The translations under genes and the position numbers were made by a program. The notes beneath the pieces were generated by a model that saw only the letters and a list, made by a program, of their open reading frames with translations, made no database searches and was not told the DNA's origin. Of a stretch of DNA of 28,834 bases, positions 1 to 8,209 are shown piece after piece; positions within the stretch are counted from its first letter, which is position 1; every line of letters starts with the position of its first letter. The stretch is from a virus (taxonomy: Duplodnaviria > Caudoviricetes): positions 1-28,834 of the IMG/VR virus record IMGVR_UViG_3300048611_000032; one strand, written 5' to 3'.

Positions 1-1
1 C

Positions 2-622
2 TATAGTACTGATCATGTACATCCAGTGGATACTAAACTCCTCCGTACTCTTTACCACCACCAGTCCAACGGTTCAACCCCCTTTGAAATGGCTGGGATG
101 ACGATCGAAGTCCAAGCTCCAATCTTCGTTTTCCGTGAGTGGCACCGCCATCGCACGCAGTCTTACAACGAAGCTAGCGCGAGATATAAGCCACTTACGC
201 CTTTGTACTACCATATCCCGAATAACTTTCTCTGGGAACGGTGCAGAAGCGCTGCCGAGAACACCAACCGGCAAGCGGCTTCAGCTTCACTCATCGCGGA
301 AAACCAGCTTGACCCAGTCGCCATCGCTGAATGGAACGAGTATGACCTTACATTATCTTCCATTCTCGAAGACCATTATCAGCAAGGTTTAAAGATCGGT
401 ATTCCAAAGGAACTCGCTCGCAAAAAGATGCCGGTTGACCATTATTCCTGCATGTGGGCGTCTGCAAACCTCCGCAACTGGCTTGCCTTCATGACCTTGC
501 GCTGCGACCCCAAAGCTCAATGGGAGATTAGACAGTTCGCCAATGCTGTCGCAGATATCGTCAAAGATAAGTTCCCTCGAACTTTTAAACTCTGGGCCGA
601 AGTAAATCAGCCCACATCTTAA
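2..622 (+). CDS. thyX: Flavin-dependent thymidylate synthase ThyX (5'-truncated by window edge)
   Basis: Signature RHR-X7-S (RHRTQSYNEASARY), plus TPFE, GIPKELAR and NLRNWLAFMTLRCDPKAQWEIR. The frame is open back to base 2 (YSTDHVHPV...), so GTG at 26 is probably not the true start. Confidence 0.95.
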   Translation, partial: YSTDHVHPVDTKLLRTLYHHQSNGSTPFEMAGMTIEVQAPIFVFREWHRHRTQSYNEASARYKPLTPLYYHIPNNFLWERCRSAAENTNRQAASASLIAENQLDPVAIAEWNEYDLTLSSILEDHYQQGLKIGIPKELARKKMPVDHYSCMWASANLRNWLAFMTLRCDPKAQWEIRQFANAVADIVKDKFPRTFKLWAEVNQPTS

Positions 623-628
623 TTGCCT

Positions 629-657
629 ACGTTTATAATCCATGCCATTATCGACGT
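629..657. repeat. Palindromic site copy 1: ACGT-TT-ATAAT-CCATGCC-ATTAT-CG-ACGT
   Basis: Intergenic between thyX and mazG; same architecture as 11210-11238 and 25555-25583. Confidence 0.85.
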
Positions 658-684
658 TCATTAGTACAAAGGATTTCAGCCGCG

Positions 685-1041
685 ATGAACATTATCGACT
701 ATCAAAACTGGACTGCAACTACAGCTGTCTACCCGGAAGCAGGTGAAAACAGCGAACGTGAGCTGGTTTATCTAACCTTAGGTCTCGCCGGAGAAGCTGG
801 TGAAGTTGCTGATAAGATCAAGAAGCTCATTCGCAGCGGTGTAGTTTCCATGGAATGGAAAGAGTATTTGAACTTTAGCAACGCTGAAAGACTTAACATC
901 CTTCACGAAATGGGTGACACCTTGTGGTATCTTGCTCGTCTCTGCAGCGCGTTAGATATTTCTCTCGAAACCCTGGCTAAGATCAACCACGACAAGCTAG
1001 AAGCGCGTAAGGCGGCTGATAAGCTTAAAGAACACGAGTAA
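685..1041 (+). CDS. mazG: MazG-like nucleoside triphosphate pyrophosphohydrolase
   Basis: LGLAGEAGEVADKIKK and EMGDTLWYLA acidic metal-binding motifs; C-terminal NHDKLEAR; AAAGGA upstream. Confidence 0.92.
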   Translation: MNIIDYQNWTATTAVYPEAGENSERELVYLTLGLAGEAGEVADKIKKLIRSGVVSMEWKEYLNFSNAERLNILHEMGDTLWYLARLCSALDISLETLAKINHDKLEARKAADKLKEHE

Positions 1042-1051
1042 GGCAACTAAC

Positions 1052-1507
1052 ATGACGCTTAAACGAGAAATTTACCAGTCTACAACTGGTAAAGCTATTC
1101 CTCTTTCCTTCACCGGGCGGCATTTATTGCAGAGTCTACGCGAAGCAATTGTCTTTGCGCTAAGCAAAAACGACTATCACGCAGACAACGATGCGGTTTC
1201 TAAAGCCCGTTGTAAGCTCGCTGAGTATATGTCAAGACTGGAATACGAAACTTATCTTGAAAAGAACTTCCTCAAACCAGACTTGTCAAAGGTCCCAAAC
1301 GACGCATTGGTGCTTGAGCTGATTAGTCGTATGCGGATGAAGCCTGAAAGTCTAGTATCGGCTAAAGTCGGGGATTCGGTTAGAGACTGTGGGCAAGCGC
1401 AAGCACAACCACAATCGCAAGTCGAACGATGTTCTTACATCTATCAAGATTCTGGTCTACAATGTCAATTCCAGGCTAACCATCCTGGCATGCACAACAT
1501 AGGGTAA
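1052..1507 (+). CDS. Hypothetical protein with C-terminal Cys2His2-like motif
   Basis: TAAGG upstream; tightly packed with neighbours; ends CSYIYQDSGLQCQFQANHPGMH. Confidence 0.7.
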   Translation: MTLKREIYQSTTGKAIPLSFTGRHLLQSLREAIVFALSKNDYHADNDAVSKARCKLAEYMSRLEYETYLEKNFLKPDLSKVPNDALVLELISRMRMKPESLVSAKVGDSVRDCGQAQAQPQSQVERCSYIYQDSGLQCQFQANHPGMHNIG

Positions 1508-1516
1508 TAAATCTAT

Positions 1517-1858
1517 ATGTCACGCGGTCGCCCAAGTTCTGTTATCCGCCCTACTCGCTTGTCAACTTTTATCCCGGAAGACCTGCGAGCAAAGCTCGAT
1601 CTTCATTTGTTCTCCGACGTTGAAGGCCGGATACCTGTCGGAGCTTATTCACAGTTCCTGGCCGACCGCGTGAGGGAGTTTTTTGAAGTTCCAAAGGAAA
1701 CTTTAATCACAATGAATGTCTTTGCAAGTGCTCCGCCAAAGGGTTACGCTACTTGGGAAGATTGGTTTACAGCGCCTGTTAAAAGCGGCGTGTACATTCG
1801 AGCGTTAGAAGCCAATGAGTGGAATCAAACTAATGCTAGTAACCCAAGCGACAGCTAA
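1517..1858 (+). CDS. Putative ribbon-helix-helix DNA-binding protein
   Basis: N-terminal RGRP, then a beta-strand/helix/helix pattern (RLSTFIPEDLRAKLD...YSQFLADRVREFF). Confidence 0.6.
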   Translation: MSRGRPSSVIRPTRLSTFIPEDLRAKLDLHLFSDVEGRIPVGAYSQFLADRVREFFEVPKETLITMNVFASAPPKGYATWEDWFTAPVKSGVYIRALEANEWNQTNASNPSDS

Positions 1859-1880
1859 CCTGCTAAAGTTGGAACCGAAG

Positions 1881-2105
1881 ATGCAAATCAACTCCCCTGA
1901 ACTTCTAAACCAAATCTCCGTCTGGCGACAGAAGTCCGCCGACGGCACTATCACTCTGGAAGAAATGCGGGAAGCCGTTAAGCTTCTCCGAGGCAATCGA
2001 CTTGGCGCACAGAACGCGGCTGCTGCTTCAAAAGCAAAGTCAAAGTCTTCATCTGGCCCGTCGAAGTCCGCCGGTGATCTGTTGTCCGAACTGGATGGTC
2101 TGTAA
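1881..2105 (+). CDS. Hypothetical small helical protein
   Basis: Part of ORF 1815-2105. ATG at 1881 (MQINSPELL...) avoids overlap with the upstream gene and has GGAA upstream. Confidence 0.65.
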   Translation: MQINSPELLNQISVWRQKSADGTITLEEMREAVKLLRGNRLGAQNAAAASKAKSKSSSGPSKSAGDLLSELDGL

Positions 2106-2106
2106 A

Positions 2107-2289
2107 ATGCGAGCTACAGTCGTCATTCTTTTATCCTATTCCTTCGGAGCACTAATCGGTTGCTTTGTAGGCTATGCTCGCGGATATGACAAAGGCTATT
2201 CAAAAGCCCAGCGTTTGATTACGGACGATGAAGCTGTTGAACTAACAGAGGAAAGAGACTGGCTATCGTTTCCTTATAAACGAGATTAG
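2107..2289 (+). CDS. Small membrane-anchored hypothetical protein
   Basis: ATG 2 nt after the previous stop; hydrophobic N-terminus VVILLSYSFGALIGCFVG followed by GYxx repeats (GYARGYDKGY). Confidence 0.55.
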   Translation: MRATVVILLSYSFGALIGCFVGYARGYDKGYSKAQRLITDDEAVELTEERDWLSFPYKRD

Positions 2290-2293
2290 TAAA

Positions 2294-2500
2294 GTGAACG
2301 AAGGTAAAGATAAAGACACTCAAGGTTATGTGTTTAAACCAAACTTCGATAACGAATGCAGGGAGTGTGGGGCGAAGCCGACTGTCGTAGTAATAGATCA
2401 TCCGATTCCAGAGACAGATCTCTGCGGTCCACATTTCTTCGCTGATCGGATGATGTTGGACTGGCAACTGTGGAACGAACAACCTGAAGGTACTGAGTAA
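2294..2500 (+). CDS. Small putative zinc-binding protein
   Basis: CRECG...LCGPH motif; fills the gap between neighbours. Confidence 0.6.
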   Translation: MNEGKDKDTQGYVFKPNFDNECRECGAKPTVVVIDHPIPETDLCGPHFFADRMMLDWQLWNEQPEGTE

Positions 2501-2506
2501 TATAAA

Positions 2507-3574
2507 ATGATCGACCAATCAATCTTAGACGAAACTGTCACCCTGCCAGCTACTAACGAAGCCGAAGAATCTTCAGATCTTACCCTAGTTGGTAAGTTCC
2601 CGGAGATCATCGACTCTTCCATCATGGGGCAGTACAAGGCCTGCGCAGAAGCTTTCCGCAAAGCTTATCTCCAACACTGGAAACCTCGCACGCAAAGCGT
2701 TCATCTGCACGCCGGCGGCGCCTTTGCCAAGGGCTTAGAAGTTACCCGCCGAGCCTTTTACACAGGCGAGTACGAATATTTGCTAACAACTCCTGGGGTC
2801 ACCGGCGACAAGGTTAAAACTTGGACTGTCACTGTCCGAGACGTTGGTGACGCAGAGTCAGCTATCGCTTGCGGACTACAGGCTCTGCTCGCCTTCTACG
2901 GCGACTTTAAATGTCCGCCAGAATCTGCCAAGTCCGCCGAGCGTATGGCCGGAGCCTTTGAATTCTACTTCTCCAATTACCCACTGGACTTCGAAGATGG
3001 ATATCCAATTGAACTTCCAGGCGGTAAGCGGGCAATCGAGTTCTCTTTTGCTCATCCTCTCCCTATCCTCCATCCGGTTACAGGTAACCCTTTACTCTAC
3101 GTCGGCCGCATGGACGCGATCATTCAGTACGCTGGAGGAATCTATATCTGTGATGAGAAGACTACTACCCAACTTGGAGCTAGCTGGCCTCGCCAATGGG
3201 ACTTACGGGCTCAGTTTACAGGTTATGCCTGGGGATGTGCACAATCTGGAATCAAAGTTGAAGGCGCTATCGTTCGAGGAGTATCGATTCTCAAGACTAA
3301 ATACGATACTGCTCAGTCTATAAACTATCGACCAGAATGGCAGATAGATCGTTGGTATAACGAGCTGCTGGAATGGGTTGAAGACATGAAGTTGAACTTC
3401 GAACGCAAAGGGCCTGATCAACAGTGGCGGCATAACCTCGACCATAGCTGTGCGGAGTACGGTGGTTGTCAATTCCGGGAAAGCTGCTTGTCACAGGATG
3501 AACAGCCGTGGCTGGAAACTGCTTTTGAACGCCGGGTTTGGAATCCGCTGTTGAGAACAGAGACGAAGACCTAA
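2507..3574 (+). CDS. PD-(D/E)XK exonuclease, Cas4/AddB-like, with predicted Fe-S cluster
   Basis: GRMD...DEKTT catalytic motifs, QFTGY (QxxxY) motif, one N-terminal Cys (YKAC) and three C-terminal Cys (CAEYGGCQFRESC). Confidence 0.9.
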   Translation: MIDQSILDETVTLPATNEAEESSDLTLVGKFPEIIDSSIMGQYKACAEAFRKAYLQHWKPRTQSVHLHAGGAFAKGLEVTRRAFYTGEYEYLLTTPGVTGDKVKTWTVTVRDVGDAESAIACGLQALLAFYGDFKCPPESAKSAERMAGAFEFYFSNYPLDFEDGYPIELPGGKRAIEFSFAHPLPILHPVTGNPLLYVGRMDAIIQYAGGIYICDEKTTTQLGASWPRQWDLRAQFTGYAWGCAQSGIKVEGAIVRGVSILKTKYDTAQSINYRPEWQIDRWYNELLEWVEDMKLNFERKGPDQQWRHNLDHSCAEYGGCQFRESCLSQDEQPWLETAFERRVWNPLLRTETKT

Positions 3575-3575
3575 C

Positions 3576-3920
3576 ATGAAACAATGGATAGCCTTCGTCG
3601 TCATGGGTGAGCCTATTGGCAAAGGCGCTATGATCGAGCGTTCGCCTTTCACCGAAGGCTATCCTGTTTATTCCAGGGTCTTAGTCTGCCCTATGTGCAA
3701 ACAAGTCTGGGCTATGCTTACCGCCGAGGGCAAACCAGTTCACCGCCCAGAAATGGCTTCGTGCGGCAGCTGCGATTGGCAAAGTCCAGATAGTCCAGTC
3801 CCTGGTTCCCTTCTAGTCTACGGTATCCCGACCAGCAACGTTGATTATAGTTTGCTAGACGTTCTTCCTGAAGAGTTTCTCCGCCGAGAATTCAACTTAA
3901 CCTTAAAGGCTTTAGCTTAA
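3576..3920 (+). CDS. Hypothetical zinc-ribbon protein
   Basis: CPMC...CGSC pairs; directly abuts genes on both sides. Confidence 0.65.
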   Translation: MKQWIAFVVMGEPIGKGAMIERSPFTEGYPVYSRVLVCPMCKQVWAMLTAEGKPVHRPEMASCGSCDWQSPDSPVPGSLLVYGIPTSNVDYSLLDVLPEEFLRREFNLTLKALA

Positions 3921-4157
3921 ATGCAGTCCCGCTTAGGTTCGTTCGTTGAAGCCTGGATGAATATCTTAATAGGCTTTGGCGTAGCCTTCACCGCTAACGC
4001 TTTGGTCATGCCCGCGTTTGGCTTCAACGTTAAGCCGATGCAGAATTTCTACATCACCTGCATCTTCACAGTCATCTCTCTAGTGCGCAGCTATCTCCTG
4101 CGTAGGTTGTTTAATAAACTGAGGTTATTTACTTATGTCGCGAAAGAAACAAAGTAA
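3921..4157 (+). CDS. Small two-helix membrane protein (DUF7220-like, from recall)
   Basis: MQSRLGSFVEAWMNILIGF...FTVISLVRSYLLRRLFN pattern with two hydrophobic segments. Confidence 0.75.
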   Translation: MQSRLGSFVEAWMNILIGFGVAFTANALVMPAFGFNVKPMQNFYITCIFTVISLVRSYLLRRLFNKLRLFTYVAKETK

Positions 4158-4893
4158 TAGTAATAGTAATAGAAGCAAAGCTCAACGGCTAGCTTGGAAG
4201 ACTAGAAAGGCTAAGGCTAAAAGGCAGTTGGAAAAAATGGCTAAACATGCGCTTATGTATAACGCAGGGCCGGAAGCAATGGAGCAGTTTGACTATGAAA
4301 CTGTGGATAAGGCTAAAGAAGCTTTACAAAAAGAAGTACTGCGGCAGCATGGAACTAACGTTCGCTGGCGTGTGCGTATACCTACGGAAGATACTGACCC
4401 TAAAGCTTTCTACGGCAGCAGCGATTCTGTTTCCGACGATGCTACGGCTGCCGATGCAGCCCCACCTCCAGGCACTAACCCCAAAACCCTAATGGGTAAT
4501 CTCAAAGTCCCTATTCTCTCCGTCATCCCGCCGGCTTCTCTCATCTACCAAGGCGTCGCCATGCGGTACGGCGCTTACCTCGCCCCGCAAGTCAACGGCA
4601 AGCGCGGGTATGGTGCGTATAACTGGCGAGATCAGCCTGTCGAAATCGAAACCTATATCGACGCCGCGATTCGTCACTTGATGCAGTATCAGGATGGCGA
4701 TGAAGTCGAGTGTATCTACGACGACAACGGCGACTTGCTCTGCGAAGTCCCACATCTTGCTTTCGCACTGGCTACCATCGGTGTATTAATCGACGCCATT
4801 GAGAACGATACGGCGATTGACAATCGTCCAAAGGTCCGAAAACACGTAGCAACGAAGTTGCTGAATAGCTTTAAAATGAGGTCTTCGAAGTGA
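4135..4893 (+). CDS. dATP/dGTP diphosphohydrolase domain protein (DUF5664-like) with N-terminal extension
   Basis: NPK..G..K.P.LS.IPP, YGAYNWR, YIDAAIRHL, PHLAFALA, DNRP. Start uncertain (4135 or ATG 4237). Confidence 0.85.
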   Translation: MSRKKQSNSNSNRSKAQRLAWKTRKAKAKRQLEKMAKHALMYNAGPEAMEQFDYETVDKAKEALQKEVLRQHGTNVRWRVRIPTEDTDPKAFYGSSDSVSDDATAADAAPPPGTNPKTLMGNLKVPILSVIPPASLIYQGVAMRYGAYLAPQVNGKRGYGAYNWRDQPVEIETYIDAAIRHLMQYQDGDEVECIYDDNGDLLCEVPHLAFALATIGVLIDAIENDTAIDNRPKVRKHVATKLLNSFKMRSSK

Positions 4894-5792
4894 CGACTGC
4901 GAATGTTTCAGCTGCTGGTGTTGCGCAAGTTGAATTACCTGCGACCTCTCCGCCTTCCCTTCTCCCAGGCGTTAACGTCCTGCTCGAAGGTCCAACCGGG
5001 ACAGGGAAGACAACTGCTTTGGGCAGCATCGCCGACGCCGGCGTTGAACTTTTCTGCCTCTTCACCGAAAACGGCTTGGAAACTCTCATGGGGTACTGGG
5101 CTGACCGTGGTCTTCCTATCCCGCCAAACGTTCACTGGCACGTTTTACCTCGCGGCGCAGACTCCTTCTCCACCTTGGCCGAGTCAGCCAACAAGGTCAA
5201 CACCTATTCTTTGGAAGCCTTGTTTAAAATGACTGACCCGGAGCGGCATAAGTCGAACCAGTTCGTCACCATGCTGCGGGCGTTCTCCGACTTTCCAGAC
5301 GATCGCACCGGGAAGAAGTTCGGCAAGGTCGATGGTTGGGGGCCAGACCGGTGCTTGGCAATCGATTCCCTCACAGGCATTAATCCAATCGCAATGTCTT
5401 TGGTCATAGGGCAAAAGCCTTTGAAGGATCAACGCGACTGGGGTATTGCGCAGGATCAGATTGAAAAGCTACTTCGCAACTGCTGCGACGGGGCGAAGTG
5501 TCACTTCGTCTTAACCGCTCACGTCGAGCGGGAAACAGATATGGTCTTCGGCGGCGTCAAGGTAACCGTCTCAACTCTAGGCCGAGCGTTAGCCCCCAAG
5601 ATCCCGCCAATGTTCTCAGACGTTATCCTTACAGTCCGCAACGGCACTGAATTCAGCTGGTCCACCGCCAATCCTCAAGCCGATCTCAAAGCCCGCAACG
5701 TCCCTATTGCTGATAACATCAAACCCGGCTTCGGTCAGATCTTTGACAAGTGGCTGAAACGAGGAGGTCAACTTTCACCATACGTTAAGTAA
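4890..5792 (+). CDS. AAA_24 / Sak4-like P-loop ATPase (single-strand annealing recombinase)
   Basis: Walker A GPTGTGKT, Walker B LAIDS, LTAH motif; GTGA overlap with the upstream stop; sits between the nuclease region and SSB. Confidence 0.85.
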   Translation: MTTANVSAAGVAQVELPATSPPSLLPGVNVLLEGPTGTGKTTALGSIADAGVELFCLFTENGLETLMGYWADRGLPIPPNVHWHVLPRGADSFSTLAESANKVNTYSLEALFKMTDPERHKSNQFVTMLRAFSDFPDDRTGKKFGKVDGWGPDRCLAIDSLTGINPIAMSLVIGQKPLKDQRDWGIAQDQIEKLLRNCCDGAKCHFVLTAHVERETDMVFGGVKVTVSTLGRALAPKIPPMFSDVILTVRNGTEFSWSTANPQADLKARNVPIADNIKPGFGQIFDKWLKRGGQLSPYVK

Positions 5793-5810
5793 CAAGTAAA
5801 CAAACAAACA

Positions 5811-5842
5811 GTTAAACAGTTAACTCGTTAAACTGCTATCAT
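5811..5842 (+). promoter_or_regulatory. Possible sigma70-type promoter with extended -10 (TGcTATCAT), overlapped by three 8-bp GTTAA repeats
   Basis: TG at 5834-5835, TATCAT at 5837-5842, weak -35 TAAACA at 5813-5818; repeats gttaaaca/gttaactc/gttaaact. Confidence 0.4.
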
Positions 5843-5879
5843 TCAACTTTTCTTTTCTCTCTTTACAAAGGTTTATCAA

Positions 5880-6353
5880 ATGTCTACCGCATCTCTCTTC
5901 GACCCTCAGTCCTTTCTCGACGCTACCACTACCGAAGCCAATGTCAAGCGTCCGCCAATTCCAGCCGGTACAGAACTCGTCGGCGTGATTCTCAAGATCG
6001 CTTCGCGTGCGTGGCAGGGAAAGAAGGATCCCACCACCGGCGGCATCGTGATCGATGTGACTGTTGAGTTCGATCTCGACGCAGCAGCTCCAAACATCAA
6101 GCAGCTGGTTGGCCTGGACAAAGTCACCATCCAGGACGGCATCATGCTGGACTTGACTGACTCTGGCTCGATCGACTATTCTCCTGGCAAAAACTCCAAG
6201 CTCCGCCGTTATCGCGAAGCTCTGGGGCTTAACGTTCCTGGCCAATCGTTCGCCGCTCGCATGATGGAAGGTCGTACAGTTCGCTGCAAGATCAAGAACG
6301 AACCGTATGAAGGCGATATCTTCGACAAGATCGATTCGGTTGCGAAGGTTTAA
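5880..6353 (+). CDS. Probable single-stranded DNA-binding protein (DUF669-like OB fold)
   Basis: PIPAG.. start, beta-rich pattern, EGRTVRCKIKNEPYEG C-terminus; directly follows the Sak4-like gene. Confidence 0.7.
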   Translation: MSTASLFDPQSFLDATTTEANVKRPPIPAGTELVGVILKIASRAWQGKKDPTTGGIVIDVTVEFDLDAAAPNIKQLVGLDKVTIQDGIMLDLTDSGSIDYSPGKNSKLRRYREALGLNVPGQSFAARMMEGRTVRCKIKNEPYEGDIFDKIDSVAKV

Positions 6354-6393
6354 TTATCGTCTTCGCTGGTATAGATAGTTAATCCTTAGCTAA

Positions 6394-6432
6394 AAGGCAG
6401 TTAGACGTTAAACTTTAACTGCCTTCTTTTTT
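6394..6432 (+). terminator. Rho-independent terminator
   Basis: Stem AAGGCAGTTA (6394-6403) / TAACTGCCTT (6416-6425) followed by CTTTTTT. Confidence 0.8.
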
Positions 6433-6463
6433 CCCTCGCTTTCCTTCAAAGGTCACCGCCGCC

Positions 6464-6838
6464 ATGGATATCACAGTCACTCCTATCACAGCCGTAAACC
6501 TTTTTCGTTTAGAAACTTACGTTGATCGGATAGCCGGGACGATCTTCCGTCAGATCCCAGTTACAGAAACCGGCGAACGTGACCCAATGCGGCAGGAACT
6601 CTTCGGCGGCTCTTGTCACATCTTCATCAACGGTCGACAGGTTCCAATCAACTTCCCAATCGACGATGCAACTTCCTTAACAGAAGCAATTGAGAAGTTT
6701 GCCCCGGCTTGCCAAGCTTGCATTCAAGCCATTCACGATCAGCAGCTACGCTCCAAGATCCTAAGCGGCGGTGGAGCTGTTCCTAATTCCAAACCTGTCT
6801 CTACTCTCGATTTGTCTAAGACCCGCAAGGGCAATTGA
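6464..6838 (+). CDS. Hypothetical protein resembling an uncharacterised proteobacterial cytoplasmic protein
   Basis: NLFRLETYVDRIAGTI...PVT..G..D..R...F.I.A.SL.EAIEKF pattern (recalled, not searched); AAAGGT upstream. Confidence 0.65.
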   Translation: MDITVTPITAVNLFRLETYVDRIAGTIFRQIPVTETGERDPMRQELFGGSCHIFINGRQVPINFPIDDATSLTEAIEKFAPACQACIQAIHDQQLRSKILSGGGAVPNSKPVSTLDLSKTRKGN

Positions 6839-6850
6839 GGTTTACTTTCC

Positions 6851-8203
6851 ATGTCTGCACAGCCACAGCAACAGCGCAATTTCCATCTGCATTCTATTAA
6901 AGCAGAAGATATCTTAATTCCGAAGTATAGGCAGAGGAAAGAATTCAAACCAGAACATATTGTAGCTCTGGCCGGTTCGATCTCGCGACTAGGCTTAATG
7001 CATCCAGTAGTTGTCCGCCGAGACTCAGACGGAGAAATTGCTTTGGTCGCCGGCGAATGCCGCATCAGAGCTTTGACGTACCTCTGGAACTTCGGGGAAG
7101 TCGTTCGTTGCGGACAGTCAACCTTCTCTGAAGGCACAGTTCCTTGCATCTACTTCGGTGACTTAGATCCAGTTGATGCGATGGAGATGGAACTGGAAGA
7201 GAACATCCGGCGGTCGGATTTGACTTGGCAGGAAAAAGCTGACGCGACTTCCAAGCTGCTCATCGCTCGCCAAGCCCGTGCTACCCGCGACGGCACTCCA
7301 CAGCCGACTATTGAAGAAATCTCCAGTGAAGTTCGTGGCGACTCCCCGACTTCCCGCGAGCAAACTCGCAAAGAAATCTTGGTCTCTAAACACTTATCCG
7401 ATCCGGAAGTCCAAAAGGCAAAGTCCGCCGACGATGCTTTCAAACTTCTCAAGCGCCGCGAGGCTATCGCGAAGAACGCAGAACTCGCCGCCAAGGTCGG
7501 AGTGACCTTTAACTCCGAAGTCCATACTTTACTCAACGGCGATGTACTGGAACTTCTCCCTGACATCCCAAAGGACTCCTTCGATGTTCTCCTCACAGAC
7601 CCACCATACGGAATCGACGCAGATAAATTCGGTGACTCTGGAGGAATTGCTGGAAGTGGTAACCAAGGCTCGCACTTCTATGATGACTCCTGGACTTACT
7701 GGAACAAGCTCGTTAAGTTCCTCGCCGCTGAGTCTTTCAGAGTTTGTAAGCCGCAATCCCACTGCTATGTCTTTTGTGACATTGACAACTTTGTCTTCCT
7801 TAAAAGCTTCTTCATTGAAGCTGGCTGGCGAGTCTTCCGTACACCGTTGGTCTGGGTTAACCCTACGTCCAACCGCGCACCTTGGCCCGAACACGGTCCT
7901 CAGCGTAAATATCAAATCGCTATGTTCGCGGTTAAAGGGGATCGACCAGTAACGAAAATTTACCCTGACGTATTGGTGTATCCTTCAGATGAAAACCTCA
8001 ACCATCAAGCGCAAAAACCAGTGGCTCTTTATCAAGACTTACTGGTTAGAAGTATACGTCCTGGTGATTCTGTATTGGATTGTTTTGGAGGAACTGGTCC
8101 GATAATCCCCGCTGCACATGCGCTGAAATGCAAGGCTACTTACATCGAGCGTGACCCCGCAGCTTATGGAACAGCGATTACAAGACTAAAAGGATTGGAG
8201 TAA
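6851..8203 (+). CDS. ParB/Srx N-terminal domain fused to a beta-class N6-adenine/N4-cytosine DNA methyltransferase
   Basis: ParB: RQRKEF, LAGSISRLGLMHPVVV, LVAGECRIRA, ELEENIRRSDLTWQE. MTase: motif IV TDPPYG precedes HQAQKP and motif I VLDCFGGTG. Confidence 0.92.
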   Translation: MSAQPQQQRNFHLHSIKAEDILIPKYRQRKEFKPEHIVALAGSISRLGLMHPVVVRRDSDGEIALVAGECRIRALTYLWNFGEVVRCGQSTFSEGTVPCIYFGDLDPVDAMEMELEENIRRSDLTWQEKADATSKLLIARQARATRDGTPQPTIEEISSEVRGDSPTSREQTRKEILVSKHLSDPEVQKAKSADDAFKLLKRREAIAKNAELAAKVGVTFNSEVHTLLNGDVLELLPDIPKDSFDVLLTDPPYGIDADKFGDSGGIAGSGNQGSHFYDDSWTYWNKLVKFLAAESFRVCKPQSHCYVFCDIDNFVFLKSFFIEAGWRVFRTPLVWVNPTSNRAPWPEHGPQRKYQIAMFAVKGDRPVTKIYPDVLVYPSDENLNHQAQKPVALYQDLLVRSIRPGDSVLDCFGGTGPIIPAAHALKCKATYIERDPAAYGTAITRLKGLE

Positions 8204-8209
8204 ACCATC

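Noticed and set aside
623-651. Sigma70 promoter upstream of mazG (TATAAT at 634-639, or TTGCCT-17-CATTAT)
   Set aside because: The TATAAT has no matching -35 and both hexamers are parts of the palindrome; not separable without TSS data.
2507-3574. CRISPR-Cas locus suggested by the Cas4-like gene
   Set aside because: No repeat-spacer array or other cas genes; stand-alone Cas4-like nucleases are common in phage recombination modules.
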